The notes under the pieces were generated by a model. The model was not told the DNA's origin, made no database searches, and saw only the letters and a program-made list of their open reading frames with translations. A stretch of 64,000 nt of DNA, from contig JBITNC010000001.1 of NCBI GenBank assembly GCA_050084985.1, forward strand, positions 103,168,001-103,232,000. Direction: 5' to 3'. Origin of the DNA: Nageia nagi. Lineage: Eukaryota; Plantae; Pinophyta. Numbering within the stretch: the first letter of the stretch is position 1; the number at the start of each line of letters is the position of its first letter. Shown piece after piece: positions 12,801 through 25,745 of this stretch. The position numbers and the translations under genes were made by a program.

Positions 12801-15800
12801 AAATAATTCATGAAAAATGGGGCCTTAGTTTAAAGGGTTAAAAGTATTAAAATATTGAAGATTAGTTTGCTAATCTTGATGTTCATGATTCATCTTTTGA
12901 TGTTGATGATATTGGTCTTTATTTTTACACTTTTACTCATGCTTCATCTAATTTTTCTATCCCTTTGGACTTATTTATTTACCCTTCATAGTCTAACATG
13001 ATTTCCTTTATCAACAAAATTTATATCCATGAGGTATAACCCTTTTATCATCCCCTTGATGGTGATTATTATATTGTTATTGGTACTAAATACAAAGATT
13101 TCTCCTTGCCACCATTAGGGTTCTTTTCATAAAGAAATTTTTTCCTTCCCATTCACTTATCCTTAGGTGAGGCATCTTCATCCAATCTTGTGTCTCACAT
13201 ATCCTATCATAGTGAATATGATTACTCATATCTTCCTATCTTGAAGAAACTTGAAGAGGAGTACCACATGCATAATGAGGGCCTAGTAGAATTCAACCTT
13301 AGTGATGATACTAGAAATCCTAAGATTATCTATGTTGATGATGTTTTAACTAAGTATGAGCATGATCTAGCAAGATCCATTTTGATCAAGTTTCATAAAC
13401 TCTTTACCTTTAGTTATGATGATATATCAGGTTTAGATCTTAATCTTCTCATGCATAACATCATAACTTATCCTAAAGCCAATCCTATAAAGAAAAAGCT
13501 TAGGAAAGATAATACAATCCAATCTCTCTTGATCAAGTATGAGCTTCAAAAGATCTTAAAGTTTAATTTAATTGAACCAATTGATTACCCCAAGTGGGTT
13601 TCTAACATGGTTTTTGTCAACAAGTCTAATGGTTGGATTTGTATTTGCACAAAATTTTGTGATCTTAACAAGGCATGTCCTAAAGATGAATTCCCTCTAC
13701 CCAATATTGATATCTTGGTCGATAATACAATAGGGTACAAGGTGTTTTCACTTATGAATTATTTTTCTAGCTAAAATCAAATTTTGGTCAATCTTATGGA
13801 TCAACATAAGACAACTTTGATGACCCCTTGGGGGAAGTATTATTATAGGGTAATACATTTTGGTATTAAGATACTAGTGCAACCTATCAAAATTCCATGA
13901 CCTATATCTTCTATAACATAATTCACAATATAATGGATAACCATGTTCATGATATTTTAGCTAAGTATAAGACACATGAGAAATATTGGGAGGTTCTCCA
14001 TAAGGTATTCTATAATCTTTCTCAAGTATAACATTACGTTGAATCCTAAAAAGTGTATCTTTGGTGTCTAGTTGGGTAAGCTCTTAGGTTTCATCATGTA
14101 CAAGCATGGAATTGTGATCAATACTAAAAACTTAAAATCCATTATGGATATGTCTCCACCTCATAATATCAAAACCTTGAGAATTATTCAAGGTAGTATC
14201 CATGACATTCATCGATTCATAGCTCAAATTTTGAAAAAGTGTCAACCTTTCAATGAGATATTGAAGAAGGGTGTTGTATTCGAGTGGAATGAGAAGTGCC
14301 AACAAGATTTTGATGATATCAAGAGGTATCTCACCACTCATCCCATCTTGATTACTCCTAGGAATGGTATCCTTTGCCATCCCTATCTTTTAGTGACTAA
14401 GTTTTTCTTAGGCATCATGCTTGCCCAAAAGAATGATCAAGTTAAAGAGCAAGCTATTTATTACCTTAGTCATACTCTCAGTGAATATAATATTAGATAC
14501 ATATATATGGAACAACTTTCCCTTACCATCATCTTTGTAGAAAATAAATTATGTCATTACATACTTAATCATACAACATATGTAATTTCTAATGTTAATC
14601 CCATCTAGTATATGATGAGAAATAATTATCATAATTATTTAACATCTAAGTGGCTCATGTTTTTGTTGAAGTTTGACCTTGAGTTCATTAGTTAGAAATC
14701 CATTAAGGGTTAGGTCATAGTGGGTGAGTTTGTTGAAGTACACTTGCAAGAAAATTATCCTTTATATATCAATCTTCTTGATGAAGATATATTTATGGTT
14801 GTTGAAGAGGAAGAGTTGATGGATTGAAGTATGATCAAGGGGAAGGTTTGAGAGTTTCCTTCTTCATGGCTCAAGGTGTTCCTCTCACTTATTCTTTCAA
14901 GTTGGCCTTTCCTTGCACCAATAATAATGTTGAGTATGAAGCCTTGATATTAGGTCTTAGGATCATCATCATGTTCAAGTTTGAGAGACTCATTATCTAT
15001 GATGATTCTCTTTTGATCGTTAAAAAAATCCTTGGAGTTTATCAATTTCATATTGAGCTCCTCAATTCTTACAGGGAGGAGGTCATCAATATCCTCAAAT
15101 GGTTTAAATACTATAAGATCAAATTCACCCTTAGATTATTTAATAAGTTTATATATACCATGGCTTTTATAGGATCACTTATTCCACCCAATCCTCATTG
15201 ATGAATCCAAGATGCAAAAATTGTGACCATTAAGGAGTCATCTTTCAAATTACCTTTTCCTTCCCATCTCATTGAAGCTAGTGTTGGTGATATTTCTATC
15301 GAGTCTCAATACTTGTGGTACAAGAAGCTTCATGAGTACCTCAAGTGAAATTTCTTTCCTATTAACATGTACTCTAATGAGAAGTGAACCTTTAATCATA
15401 GGGCCACTTGGTACATGCCTTTAGGGTAGGCCCTCTACAAGTGATCTTTCGATAGAGTCCTTCAATTTCTCAATCATTGTAACTAACAAATAACCATATC
15501 ATATTATCATGATAGCATTTATCATGGACACTTTGATGGTACTACTATCACTAAATGTATCCTATGGATGGGTTATTAATGATATACCATGGAACATGAT
15601 TGTAATGAATATGTCAAGAAGTGGTGCATCAAGTATCAACAACATTCTCATCTTCAGCATATCCTATCTTAGCCTCTTCATCCTATCCAGTCCATGTTGC
15701 CTTTCACCTAGTGGGGTTTCAATCTTATCATTTAATTTGTTCCTCCTTCCTTTGGAGGTCATAAGTTCATTATAACTACCACTGAGTACCTTACCAAGTG

Positions 15801-16570
15801 GGTTGAGGTGATACCTTTAGTCTATACTATGGGTCCAAAGATCACATCTTTTATAAAGGCTCATATCATATGTTGATTTGGTAATCCTACTAGGATCATT
15901 ATAGATAATGGTACAAATTTCAAGAACCAACATGTGAGGAGAAAGTGCAATCAATATCATATTAAATAATCATTCTCCATACCTTATTACCCATAAGGTA
16001 ATGATCAAGATGAAGCAACTAATAGGATAATTATCATGATTCTCATAAAGATTGTTAATGACAATCATCATAATTGGTACAAGTATCTCTAGTATGCTTT
16101 GTGGGCATATTGTACTAGTGTTTAGATGCCCATAGGTGCTACCCTTTTCTCCCTCATTTATGGTGTAGAGGGAATCATGCTTCTTGAGATTGAGATCCTT
16201 TCCTTGTGTGTGTTTCTCAAGGACCTTATCCTAAATGAAGAGACTTGTTAGGCTTGACTAGATCAACTCATTTGTTTGAAGATATATGTATCAATGCAAT
16301 TAAGAATCATAAGGTTTATAAAGATCATCTAAAATTAACATTCAATAAGAAAGTAATGCCTCATGAGTTCCAAGTTGGTGACCTTTCTCTAAAAAAGAAT
16401 CAACAACAATCCCATCTTGAGTATCCTCTTAGGGATAAGTTTTTCCTTAATTGGATAGGCTCCTACATTGTCAAATAAAATATTGCTTCAAGTATGTACC
16501 ATCTCATGGATTTAGAAGGATAAGAATATCTTGAGCCTATAAATAGCATCCATATTCATCCTTTCTATTC
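9900..16570 (+). pseudogene. Tat gag-pol: gag, protease, G-patch-like, RT, RNase H, archaeal-type RNase H, integrase (many stops and frameshifts)
   Basis: gag VPKMDKF..DPKEHLRKF (~10095); PR KRGMINEVSTINIV (~11665); WQGYGLRKYEQG (~12750); RT WVSNMVFVNK...DLNKACPKDEFPLPNID (ORF 13190); RH EQAIYYLSHTL (ORF 14072); aRH CTNNNVEYEALILGL (ORF 14824); INT TEYLTKWVEVIPL, ATPFSLIYG, FQVGDL. Confidence 0.9.
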
Positions 16571-19279
16571 TTGATCTCCTTAGTTTCATCTTGTGTGTCA
16601 ATCTTATCATCTCTTTTTTTTGTGTTTGTTTGTTCATGTCATTATGATCATTATCATCATTGCATCCATGCTAAGTTGAGGGATGATGCCTTATATGTAG
16701 GTATTTATTCATGACACATGTATTTTATCAATTTTTATCATTCCTTAATTTGTTTTATTTTTTAATCATCTCATTAGGAGGTGATCCTTTTACAATCATG
16801 CACTCATGTACACTATGGGGTAGGACAATGATCACTCATCTTCAAGCCATCATTATTCATGTAGCTCTTAGTTTATGCATTTATCATCATGACTTCCTCA
16901 CTTGAATTGATAATATTGTTTGGTATCACTCTTGGTCCTTCCCTATCATTTACCACTAGATATTATATCTCAAATCCCTAATTGAGCAAGCATAGTCCTA
17001 AACATGCATGGAAGTAGATCCCTTATGTACCTAGATGAGCTAAAAAAACTTCTCTATTTCTTTTATTTTATTTCATCATTGTAGGTCCATTTGTGTCTCT
17101 TTTCATCTAGTCCTATCTATGATTCCTAATGAGGACATAACCACTTGGGTCATAGCCACCTCAGGTTGCTTTATATTATTCCCTCATGTTTGATCATAGG
17201 TTGTGACTCTCATGGTTTTAAAGGGATATCCTTACATTAGAAGTGACTTGATGACTATCATGGTTTTAGTAATTTTTTTCCTTTTTGTTGCATATGTTTT
17301 GATGTTCCATCATTTCCATTTTTTTGTTATGGTGTTATGACATTATAGTTATCATAAGTTCATAATTTTTTCCTTATTTTAACCATTTTATTCATTTTGA
17401 TCATTTTATCACTTTCCCAGGTTAGCTACTTAGCCTTATGTGGTGCCTTAATAAGCATGCATATTTAATGGTCATTTTGTACCCATTTTTAAATATTTAT
17501 ATTTTATAATCTTTTTATGTAATTTTAATTCACCCTATCCAATTTTGCTTGTTTTTGATATTGTTTGTTATCATTTTTAATTTTAGGGATGAAGGTCCAA
17601 AAATTTGACCCTTGTAAAAATTTCCTTTTGATTTAATCTTTCTAACTTATCAAATGATGTACCTTTTGTATTCCATATTTTCTAGATTTTCATATATATA
17701 TAAACATTCATCAAGTCAAATTTCATGTTTCTAGCCTATCATTTGATGCTTTTTTGAAAGCCAAATCAAGGGCTACTTGGAACAACACCCTTTTAGTAAC
17801 CACTGAAGGATGTTACAAAATGGTGAGTTGTCTCTATTTTGGGCTTCATATATTGATCAAATGGATTCCAATTTTTGATATATTTGATCTTGTGCTTAGA
17901 ATTATCAAAATAGGACTAGTGCATCAAACATGTTTACTCCATCGGTATGGTGGTTGCTTTCTATACCATGCTAAAGTTCCCTATTTTTCATTTTTGACTT
18001 GTCATTTTTTTTGTAAGTCTTGTTTTGGGCTAGCTTGTAATGTTGTTTTCACATTTATTTTAGTTTTTATTCTTCATTATTATTATGGATCATGTTTTAT
18101 CATGCAATTTTTTTCTTTTATCATGTTTGCTCATGGCATTATGTGTGCATGTGTGTTTCCACTACAATGTCATTTTCTTCTTGTTATTTTCTCAATTTGT
18201 GAATCATATTTTACACCTCATTTCTTTTTTATGGTGTTCAAATTTTGAATATGGATTTATCATTGTGTCTATCATTTAATGTTACCATTTACTTGTTATC
18301 TCATGATCAATATTGCTATTATATTTATTTGTTCATTATCACATGATTAGTTGTTGTTATCATATTTTGATCTTCTATCTTGTGTTTGTTAATTTTTACT
18401 ATTTCTTTGTGTTTTGTTTGTTTGCACTTATTGTTAATTTGTTACTTAATGTTCCATAAATGTTAGTTTTATCCATTTTATCCTTTTGTTCTTATTTTAT
18501 CATCTCATGTTTTATCAGTATGAATTGTATCTTCATTTTATCTTGTTATATGTGCATATGTGTCTTGTATGCCTTGTTTCTGAATATACTTTTTATATTA
18601 GGGTTAATTTTCCCATTACTTTATCATTATTCTTATTTATTTATATTTTTTTTATCATGATTTTATTATCAATATTCTTAGTTAGTCTTATGGTAGATAT
18701 TTTTTTATTATGCTTTTTTATCACCATCTTGTTATTTATTTTGTTTAATTATTTACCATTATTATTTTTACTTGTACATTTATTTTATCTTGCTATGTGT
18801 GTATTTGTTATGCGATTGTTATCATGTTCTCAAATACATTTTTTCCTTATTAATCCACTTTTCTATGCATGGTGTGATTATTATTGTGTTCATACTATAT
18901 GTACATATATTTGTTATCCATACATGCATTGTCATCATTAATTTGTATCATCAAAGTAAACTATGCATACATGTAAAAATCATCATCATATGGTATATTT
19001 ATCATCATCATATTTGCATATCAATGTACCATCATAGCATAATCATAAAATATGCATATACATATATCAACATAATGTCATCATCCATAATGTGTACATA
19101 CACATGCATATCACAAAACCAACCTAGCATAAAAAGTTCATAACAATCCATAACATACACATGATTAAAATGTCAATAAATGTGTATAAATTTCCATAAT
19201 AAATAAGGCATCCTAGAGTACAAAAAATAGTACATTCATAAGTCAAAAATGATTGTACATAGGTTGACACTCATAGGTA

Positions 19280-21280
19280 CATATCAGCTTCACATCTTCT
19301 ATCCATCCTCTCTACCTATGGGGTATTTTGACCCTCTCCACCTTATCCCTTTCTAGAGGGAATCCATGTCTCCTCCTCTCCCTCCATACCTACCCCTGAT
19401 TGGCCCCCTTATGTCATTTCCTATTTGTTGAGGTGGTTGTAGTGTCCTAAATATGCTCATCGTAGATGAGACCATCTGCCTAGGTTCCTATGTAACCATC
19501 CTTATAGACCTACTATTGCTAGCCATGTGGATCCCATGTGTGCCACTCCTTTGATATATGCTTGTGTGAGTCCTCATCCTACTCCTATAGGGTACTTTCC
19601 CTTTATATGGGGGATTGATTCCAAGGATGCTTATGGATAACAAGTAATTCTAAAAGGCTAATTCCATGTCTACATCTCGCTACCAACTATCCATAACCAT
19701 GATATACAGCACATGTTATACCATCCCATCTCCCTTTATTTATGTCCCAATCGAAACCATATAAACTCTTATCATAGCTTCTAGGGAATCCCTCTCTCTC
19801 TATAATGTGACCATCAACATTGTAATCCACTATACCTCTTATTGTGCAACTTATAACAACCCCTAAAAGCTATTTCTGATCTATGCTATCATGTCCCTCT
19901 CCTAGGTGATGCTATCTCTCTTAACCTATAGGGCATCTCACTCTACAATCATAGTATCTTGATCTTGATGAGTAGTATCTCTCTCGTAGAAGGTTATGTC
20001 CCTCTCTTGCACTAGACATAGGCCTATGCTTATTGTTTAAGCTATCCTATTAGCTATGACTACTACTTGCCTATTATTGTAGTTTCCCTATCAGCTTGTA
20101 ATGACTATCTACTCTCATTATGGAGCCCACCATGCATCATATACTACTATTGTATCAATATCATTGATGTTAGGAGTCACTATTATCTCATTGGGTGCAT
20201 ATTCTAGTAGTGTATATCTAATCCTCTGGAGTAACATCCCTTATACACACACTCTCTAGTATAGCTTAGGCTTTGTAGGTATATCTTACAAAATCCTAAA
20301 CTACCACATCACCCTATCATATTGAAAGAACTTGATATCTCTGACTCTTTTCTTGAGAACATTGTAGGATCTCCTACCATGTCCTAATTACTCTACCTCC
20401 TCTTCCCATTTAATTTTCCTCCTCCAAGGCATCTAGATAATATCCTTGGACTGCAAGTTGGCCCACATGTTCCTATGCCAAGCATACATACCCTTGTAGG
20501 GACTTATATAAAGACCCTCATGCACCCTTTCCCACCTCCTCACATATGGTAGCTCTCATCCTACCATAGGAACCTCAAGATCAACCATATCATTAGTGTC
20601 GATTTTGTAAGGTAGGTTATGGGGCTATGTCACTAGTACATGCTCCCATACCTAGATCTATATCAATAATGATGTGAAGAGTTCCACTTTTCTCCTCTAT
20701 TAATCAATCAACTATTGATATGTCTATCATAGTATGGTTGGAACCCATGAATAAATGGTCCCCTCATATATGATATCTCTAATAACATATACAAATTTCT
20801 AAGGGAACATGTTCCCATTGGTATCTGGTAGTAGAAATGTGTTGGTTAGAATCATGATCATCTCCACTTAAAGGCTCAACATCCATTATCATACAGGGTA
20901 GCATAGTCAATTACCCTATGACCAATATTGATGGCCTTCTAGCCTATCCCAAACATCCACTACATCTCCCTGTGCTTAGTGGGGGCCTCCATGATAGTCT
21001 CACCCTTAAGGGACACCTATAGTATTTGATAAATATCCTCTAAATTGATCATCATTCCCATATCAAAAAATGTAAGGTGTTGCACTTAGAATCCCAATGC
21101 TCTACTAGGGTCTAAATGTATGTCTAATTGATCATTACCTAATGTAATCATACAACCCCACCAAACTTGATAACCTCTACCCAAATCCATTCATCCTCAT
21201 CTAAAGTTTCTTGCACAATGGTAAAGTTTAGTCTAAATTTGTGCTAAGTTTTTTCTTGGTACAAGTTCAAATAGTGTCAT
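19280..21280 (-). pseudogene. Antisense extra ORF with Plant Mobile Domain (PMD, MAIN/MAIL-like) and a coiled-coil-like tail
   Basis: Minus-strand motifs TLVEHWDSKCNTLHF, MMINLEDIYQIL*VSLKG (~21110-21000), FLLPD, GTIYSW, LLI*I*VWEHVLVT*P (~20670-20625), QYDRVMW*FRIL*DIP (~20325-20280). Confidence 0.8.
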
Positions 21281-23167
21281 TAGAAAAATAATCAAAGTTA
21301 GTGGGTGATTCTATTTTGCAATGTCAATCCTCTTTATCCTAAGTTAGCATTCATCTTGTGTATTACCTATCTTATATTTTTATATTCTTGGTTTATTTTT
21401 TAAGTGTTGTTATGTCTTATGATCATATTTTGATCAAATTTCATATTTTATTTATTCAATCTAGCTTAAGTTTTCATATATATATTTAACAAGTTTTTTG
21501 TAGGCTAGTTAGGGTTTGCTAATCAATTACATGTAGATCAGTTAGCTTACTAGTTGGATGATTGACTAGTCGATTGATTGATACTAGGTCAGCCTAGCTA
21601 GGGTATAACCTATGGGGTATGAGGTACCCATTGGTTTGATAATTGAGATTGGTTTATACCCCATCGATTAGAAGAACTGAATGGAAACCTATTCATACAT
21701 TGCCTTCCATGATGGAAAACATGAAACAATGCACTAAAAATGAAATTTTTTGAAGTTTTACTTCTCTAAAAATGTTTTGAATTTCATTACCTACATTTTG
21801 ACAATAATTTAACTAAGTTTCATATGCTAAACCTAGGTTTTAGTGATGCCTTAGGGTTTGATATTATCTTATATTTTTATCAATTTTAAGTAATTTTAAT
21901 TGTTAAAAATGTAAATAAAATTCATTTTCCCTATATTATCATTAGTGATCTAATTACCTACTCTTCTAGAATTGAAAATAATGGAATTTTAGGCAAATTA
22001 TCCACTTATGTGAGTGCTTGTCTCCTCCATGTAGTGGACCCTCCCTACCAGTTGTTATTACTACCATCTCATCCAATTCTGTATCATAATAAACTATGGT
22101 CTCTCTCAATCTCAGAAATTAAAGTGTCCCTCTTAGTTAGAGGTCAAGTAGAAAGAAAATAAGTATGCAAAATGATAAAAATGAACTATCTTTTTTGTTT
22201 TAAACCATCATAGGTCATACCATTATCAAAATTTATAATGTAATATTATGTAATATTTCTCTTTAATGTAAATTCAATTAATGCTTAAAGTATCTTTAGA
22301 TACCTTAAAGCATTAAGGGAATAAATATAGAAATAACTTTAACCTTACCCTGAGGTTAAAGGGTGGATCTCTTCTTATAAATAGAGAGGTACCCTTCCTC
22401 TCATTGTAATGAAAATAATTGTAAAGCAAGATTTGCTCTAGGGTTAGGGTTTGGAGAGAGAGGAGAGATTTTGAAAGAGAGGCACTTGAGAATAAGAAGA
22501 TTTTATTTAGTAGATGTACTCCCAAGGAAGGATGAACCATTTTATATCTTGTGTTATTGTGCTATTATGTTAGTGTTGTAAGTGCCTTCTTGAGATCTTG
22601 GTAAACTAGAGATTGATTCGAAAAGGGTTAATTTCATCAACTTGTATCAAAGCCATTCTTGGAGGCTCCTCTTCAACATCCTTGAAGGTCCTTCCTCTTC
22701 TTTCTTTATCTAATTTATCAAGATAAAAGGGCTTGAAGGTATAATCTTCCTCCTCCCTTGTGCATTGTCAAATTTTTTCTTTATTGCTAACCATTTTGGT
22801 TCTTTGATTGTAAAGTTTTATTTAGCAAAATTTGTTCAAAGTAGATATTTTTACTATATTTTTTGGCTATACTAACATGTTAGTTCATTCTTATGCTATT
22901 GCTATGCATTATTTTGTTAGTTGCAATTTTTAAGTAAGATTGCTTAATGTGTAGGAATAATATGTTAATTGCAAGTTTTGAGTAAATTTGCTTAAATATA
23001 GCAATAATGAGTTATTCTAGCTTAAATTTGCATGTTCCTACTTAGTGTATAAATGGTTAAAAGTTTTGCAAATTTGTTTTTAAACTACATTGCTAGTATT
23101 GCAAAAAATAATTACAATACTAATATGTTTGTAAAAATACAATTGCATGCAAATTACATGCATGTCA

Positions 23168-23171
<4 letters not shown>

Positions 23172-23217
<46 letters not shown>

Positions 23218-23233
23218 ATATATAATATATATA
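23172..23233. repeat. (AT)n microsatellite
   Basis: Near-perfect TATATA run. Confidence 0.9.
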
Positions 23234-24379
23234 CTATTTTTTTAAAACAATACAAATTTTTAAAATTAATTTTTTTAATTTTTAAAAAATATTCGTTTTA
23301 TGTTTTTTTTTTTAAATTATTAAAAAAAATATGCAACCCAAGGGTGCATGTCAGCTAAGAGGGGTACATAACCCAAAGGGCACAACATAGCTTAAGGGGT
23401 GCACCACCCCTAAAGGTGATCGATGCCCCAAGGGTGCACATCATCCCTGTAGGGGGTTGACACATCAAGGGCATGCACCACCCCCTAAAGGGGACTTTTG
23501 CCTTAAGGGAACACACCATCTGATGACTACCTTTATTGTGCCAAGCCAGGTTGGCCACCACTTGCACCTCTCTCCAACTTATTGATTCCTCATAGCCTCT
23601 GAACCCCTTTCTTCCAATAGGTGTAATTTTTTGTAGATTGCCTCCTTTGTGTTTTTTTTGTAAGGGAGGAGGTTCTAGAATTTATAGTTTTACATATTTT
23701 TGGCATTTTAATAAAACTATAAAAATATAAATATTTAAAAGGGCATCATTTTTAAGATGAAATTTTTTTTGGTCTCTTTTAAATACTATAAACTCCTTTT
23801 TAAGGAATCTTTTTTTTTTTAAGGGGCATCTTATTAAAAGGGGGAATTTTTCAAGAGAAGTTTTTTTTAATCCTTTTTAAATAGAAAGGTGTGGACTTCA
23901 TTTTTTTTAAAGTATTAGTTAAACTTAAGACCTTCAATCTTTTTTTTTAAGGTTAAATTATTATGGGTAATTTTTTAACATTAATATTTACTAAATTATC
24001 CTTAAGTGCAAATTATAATAAGGGACTTTAATAATGATTTATTTAAGATCAAAAACTAGAAAAGGGGGCTTATTTACTTAAATTTTAAGTACATGGTTTA
24101 ATATTTTTTGTTTTAATGTATGATTATTATTATTCACACATGTGGATGGATAATTTTTTAATTCATAATTATTTCTAAGTGGATAAAATTTTTAAATGCA
24201 TGGCTTCATATTTTTTGATAAAATTGCAAATAAGGTATTATTTTAAGTCTAATTTTTAAGTAACAAGGGGGAGAATTCCTCAATTTTTTGATAATGAACC
24301 TTTGTATAGATATCCATTAGGGGTTGTAACAAAACCCATTGGAATTTTAGGCTCAATTGTTGTTACTTAAAATTAATGA

Positions 24380-25745
24380 ATGCAATGTGATTGGTAATAA
24401 ATGGGTTTACAAAGTCAAATATAATTTAGTTATAGAAATTGAGAAATACAAAGCAAGGTTAGTAGCCAAGGGTTTTGCTCAAAAAGTATGAAATTGATTA
24501 TGAAGAAACCTTTGCTCTAGTAGCAAATATACCTACTATTAGGGTGATCCTAGCTCTTATAGTAGCTCAAGGATGCAAAGTTTTTCAACTTGATATCAAC
24601 AGTGCATTTCTCAATAGTGACTAAGATGTGAAAATCTACATGAACCCACCAAAAGTGTTTGTTATGGAAGGCAAATAATCTTTTGTTTGCAAGCTAAATA
24701 AGTCTTTGTATGGACTTAAGCAAGCATATTGATCTTGGTTCAAAACTATTTTCGGATTCTTTGAGGATATTGGGTTTTCTAAATGCTTCTCTAACACAGA
24801 TCTTTATGTGCTCCACCAAGGATAAGACTTGATCTTGATTCTTATCTATGTGTATGATTTGTTGATTATAGGGAATAATATAATCCTCATACAAGACTAC
24901 ATATCCAAACTTAAGGCAACTTTTGAAATGACAAAACTTGATCTATTGCACTACTACCTTGGTATGTCAGTGTACTAATACAAGGATTATACTTATCTTA
25001 GTCAATCCAAGTATATCTCATATATCTTACAAAAGTTTGGAATGGAGGAGTGCAAATATGCTACAATCTCAATCTCTCCTAGAATCACTTTATCTCTTAG
25101 TTCCATCTCTCAATTGGTAGATGCTACAGGTTATAGAAAACTAATTGGTAGTCTTCTTTATTTGACTATCTTCAAACTAGATATTACCTTTACCATGATT
25201 TTGTTGGATCGATTTATGCAAAAGCTATATGTTGAGCACCTCAATGTAGTTAAGTAAATTTTGAGGTATGTTACGGGAATTAAGAATCTTACTCTCAAGT
25301 ATAAGAAGTTGCCCTCATTTTTTCTCTTAGGATCTCAAATTTTGACTATGGGGGAGATAGAGATGACAAAAAATCAACCTCTACTTATGTGTTTACATTG
25401 GTTTAGGTGCTATCTCTTGGGATTCCAATAAATAGCCTACTATTGCTCTCTCCACCATAGAGGATGAATATCATGTAATGCCATTGGCATCCTAAGAAGC
25501 CATTTGGTTGAGGCATCTTCCAAAAAAGGTTGGGTGTTACCAAGTTTTTCCATCTCAAATTTCTTTAGATAATTAGTCAACTATTGCTTTGGAAAAGAAT
25601 CATGTTTTCCATTAGAGAATAAATCATGTAGAAATTCAAGGCCACTTCATTAGCGAGAAGGTTTTGGATTGTGTTTTACACTTGTAGTATTTTCCATTAG
25701 TACTAAATTCTATTGATTTGTTCATCAAGCCCCTTCTTGAAACTT
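24380..25745 (+). pseudogene. Copia RT and RNase H
   Basis: VIGNKWVYKVKY, KYKARLVAKGFAQ, IDYEETFA, QLDINSAFLN, YRKLIGSLLYLT, IALSTIEDEY, HVEIQGHFISEKV. Confidence 0.9.

Noticed and set aside
17754-19143. Hydrophobic ORFs suggesting env-like or membrane proteins
   Set aside because: Overlapping frames in T-rich low-complexity sequence with no recognisable motif.
22660-22760. PPR cassette in the leaders of Copia C/D, the Tat LTRs or the solo LTR
   Set aside because: The translations I tried gave no PPR-like motifs, so the cassette is not universal.
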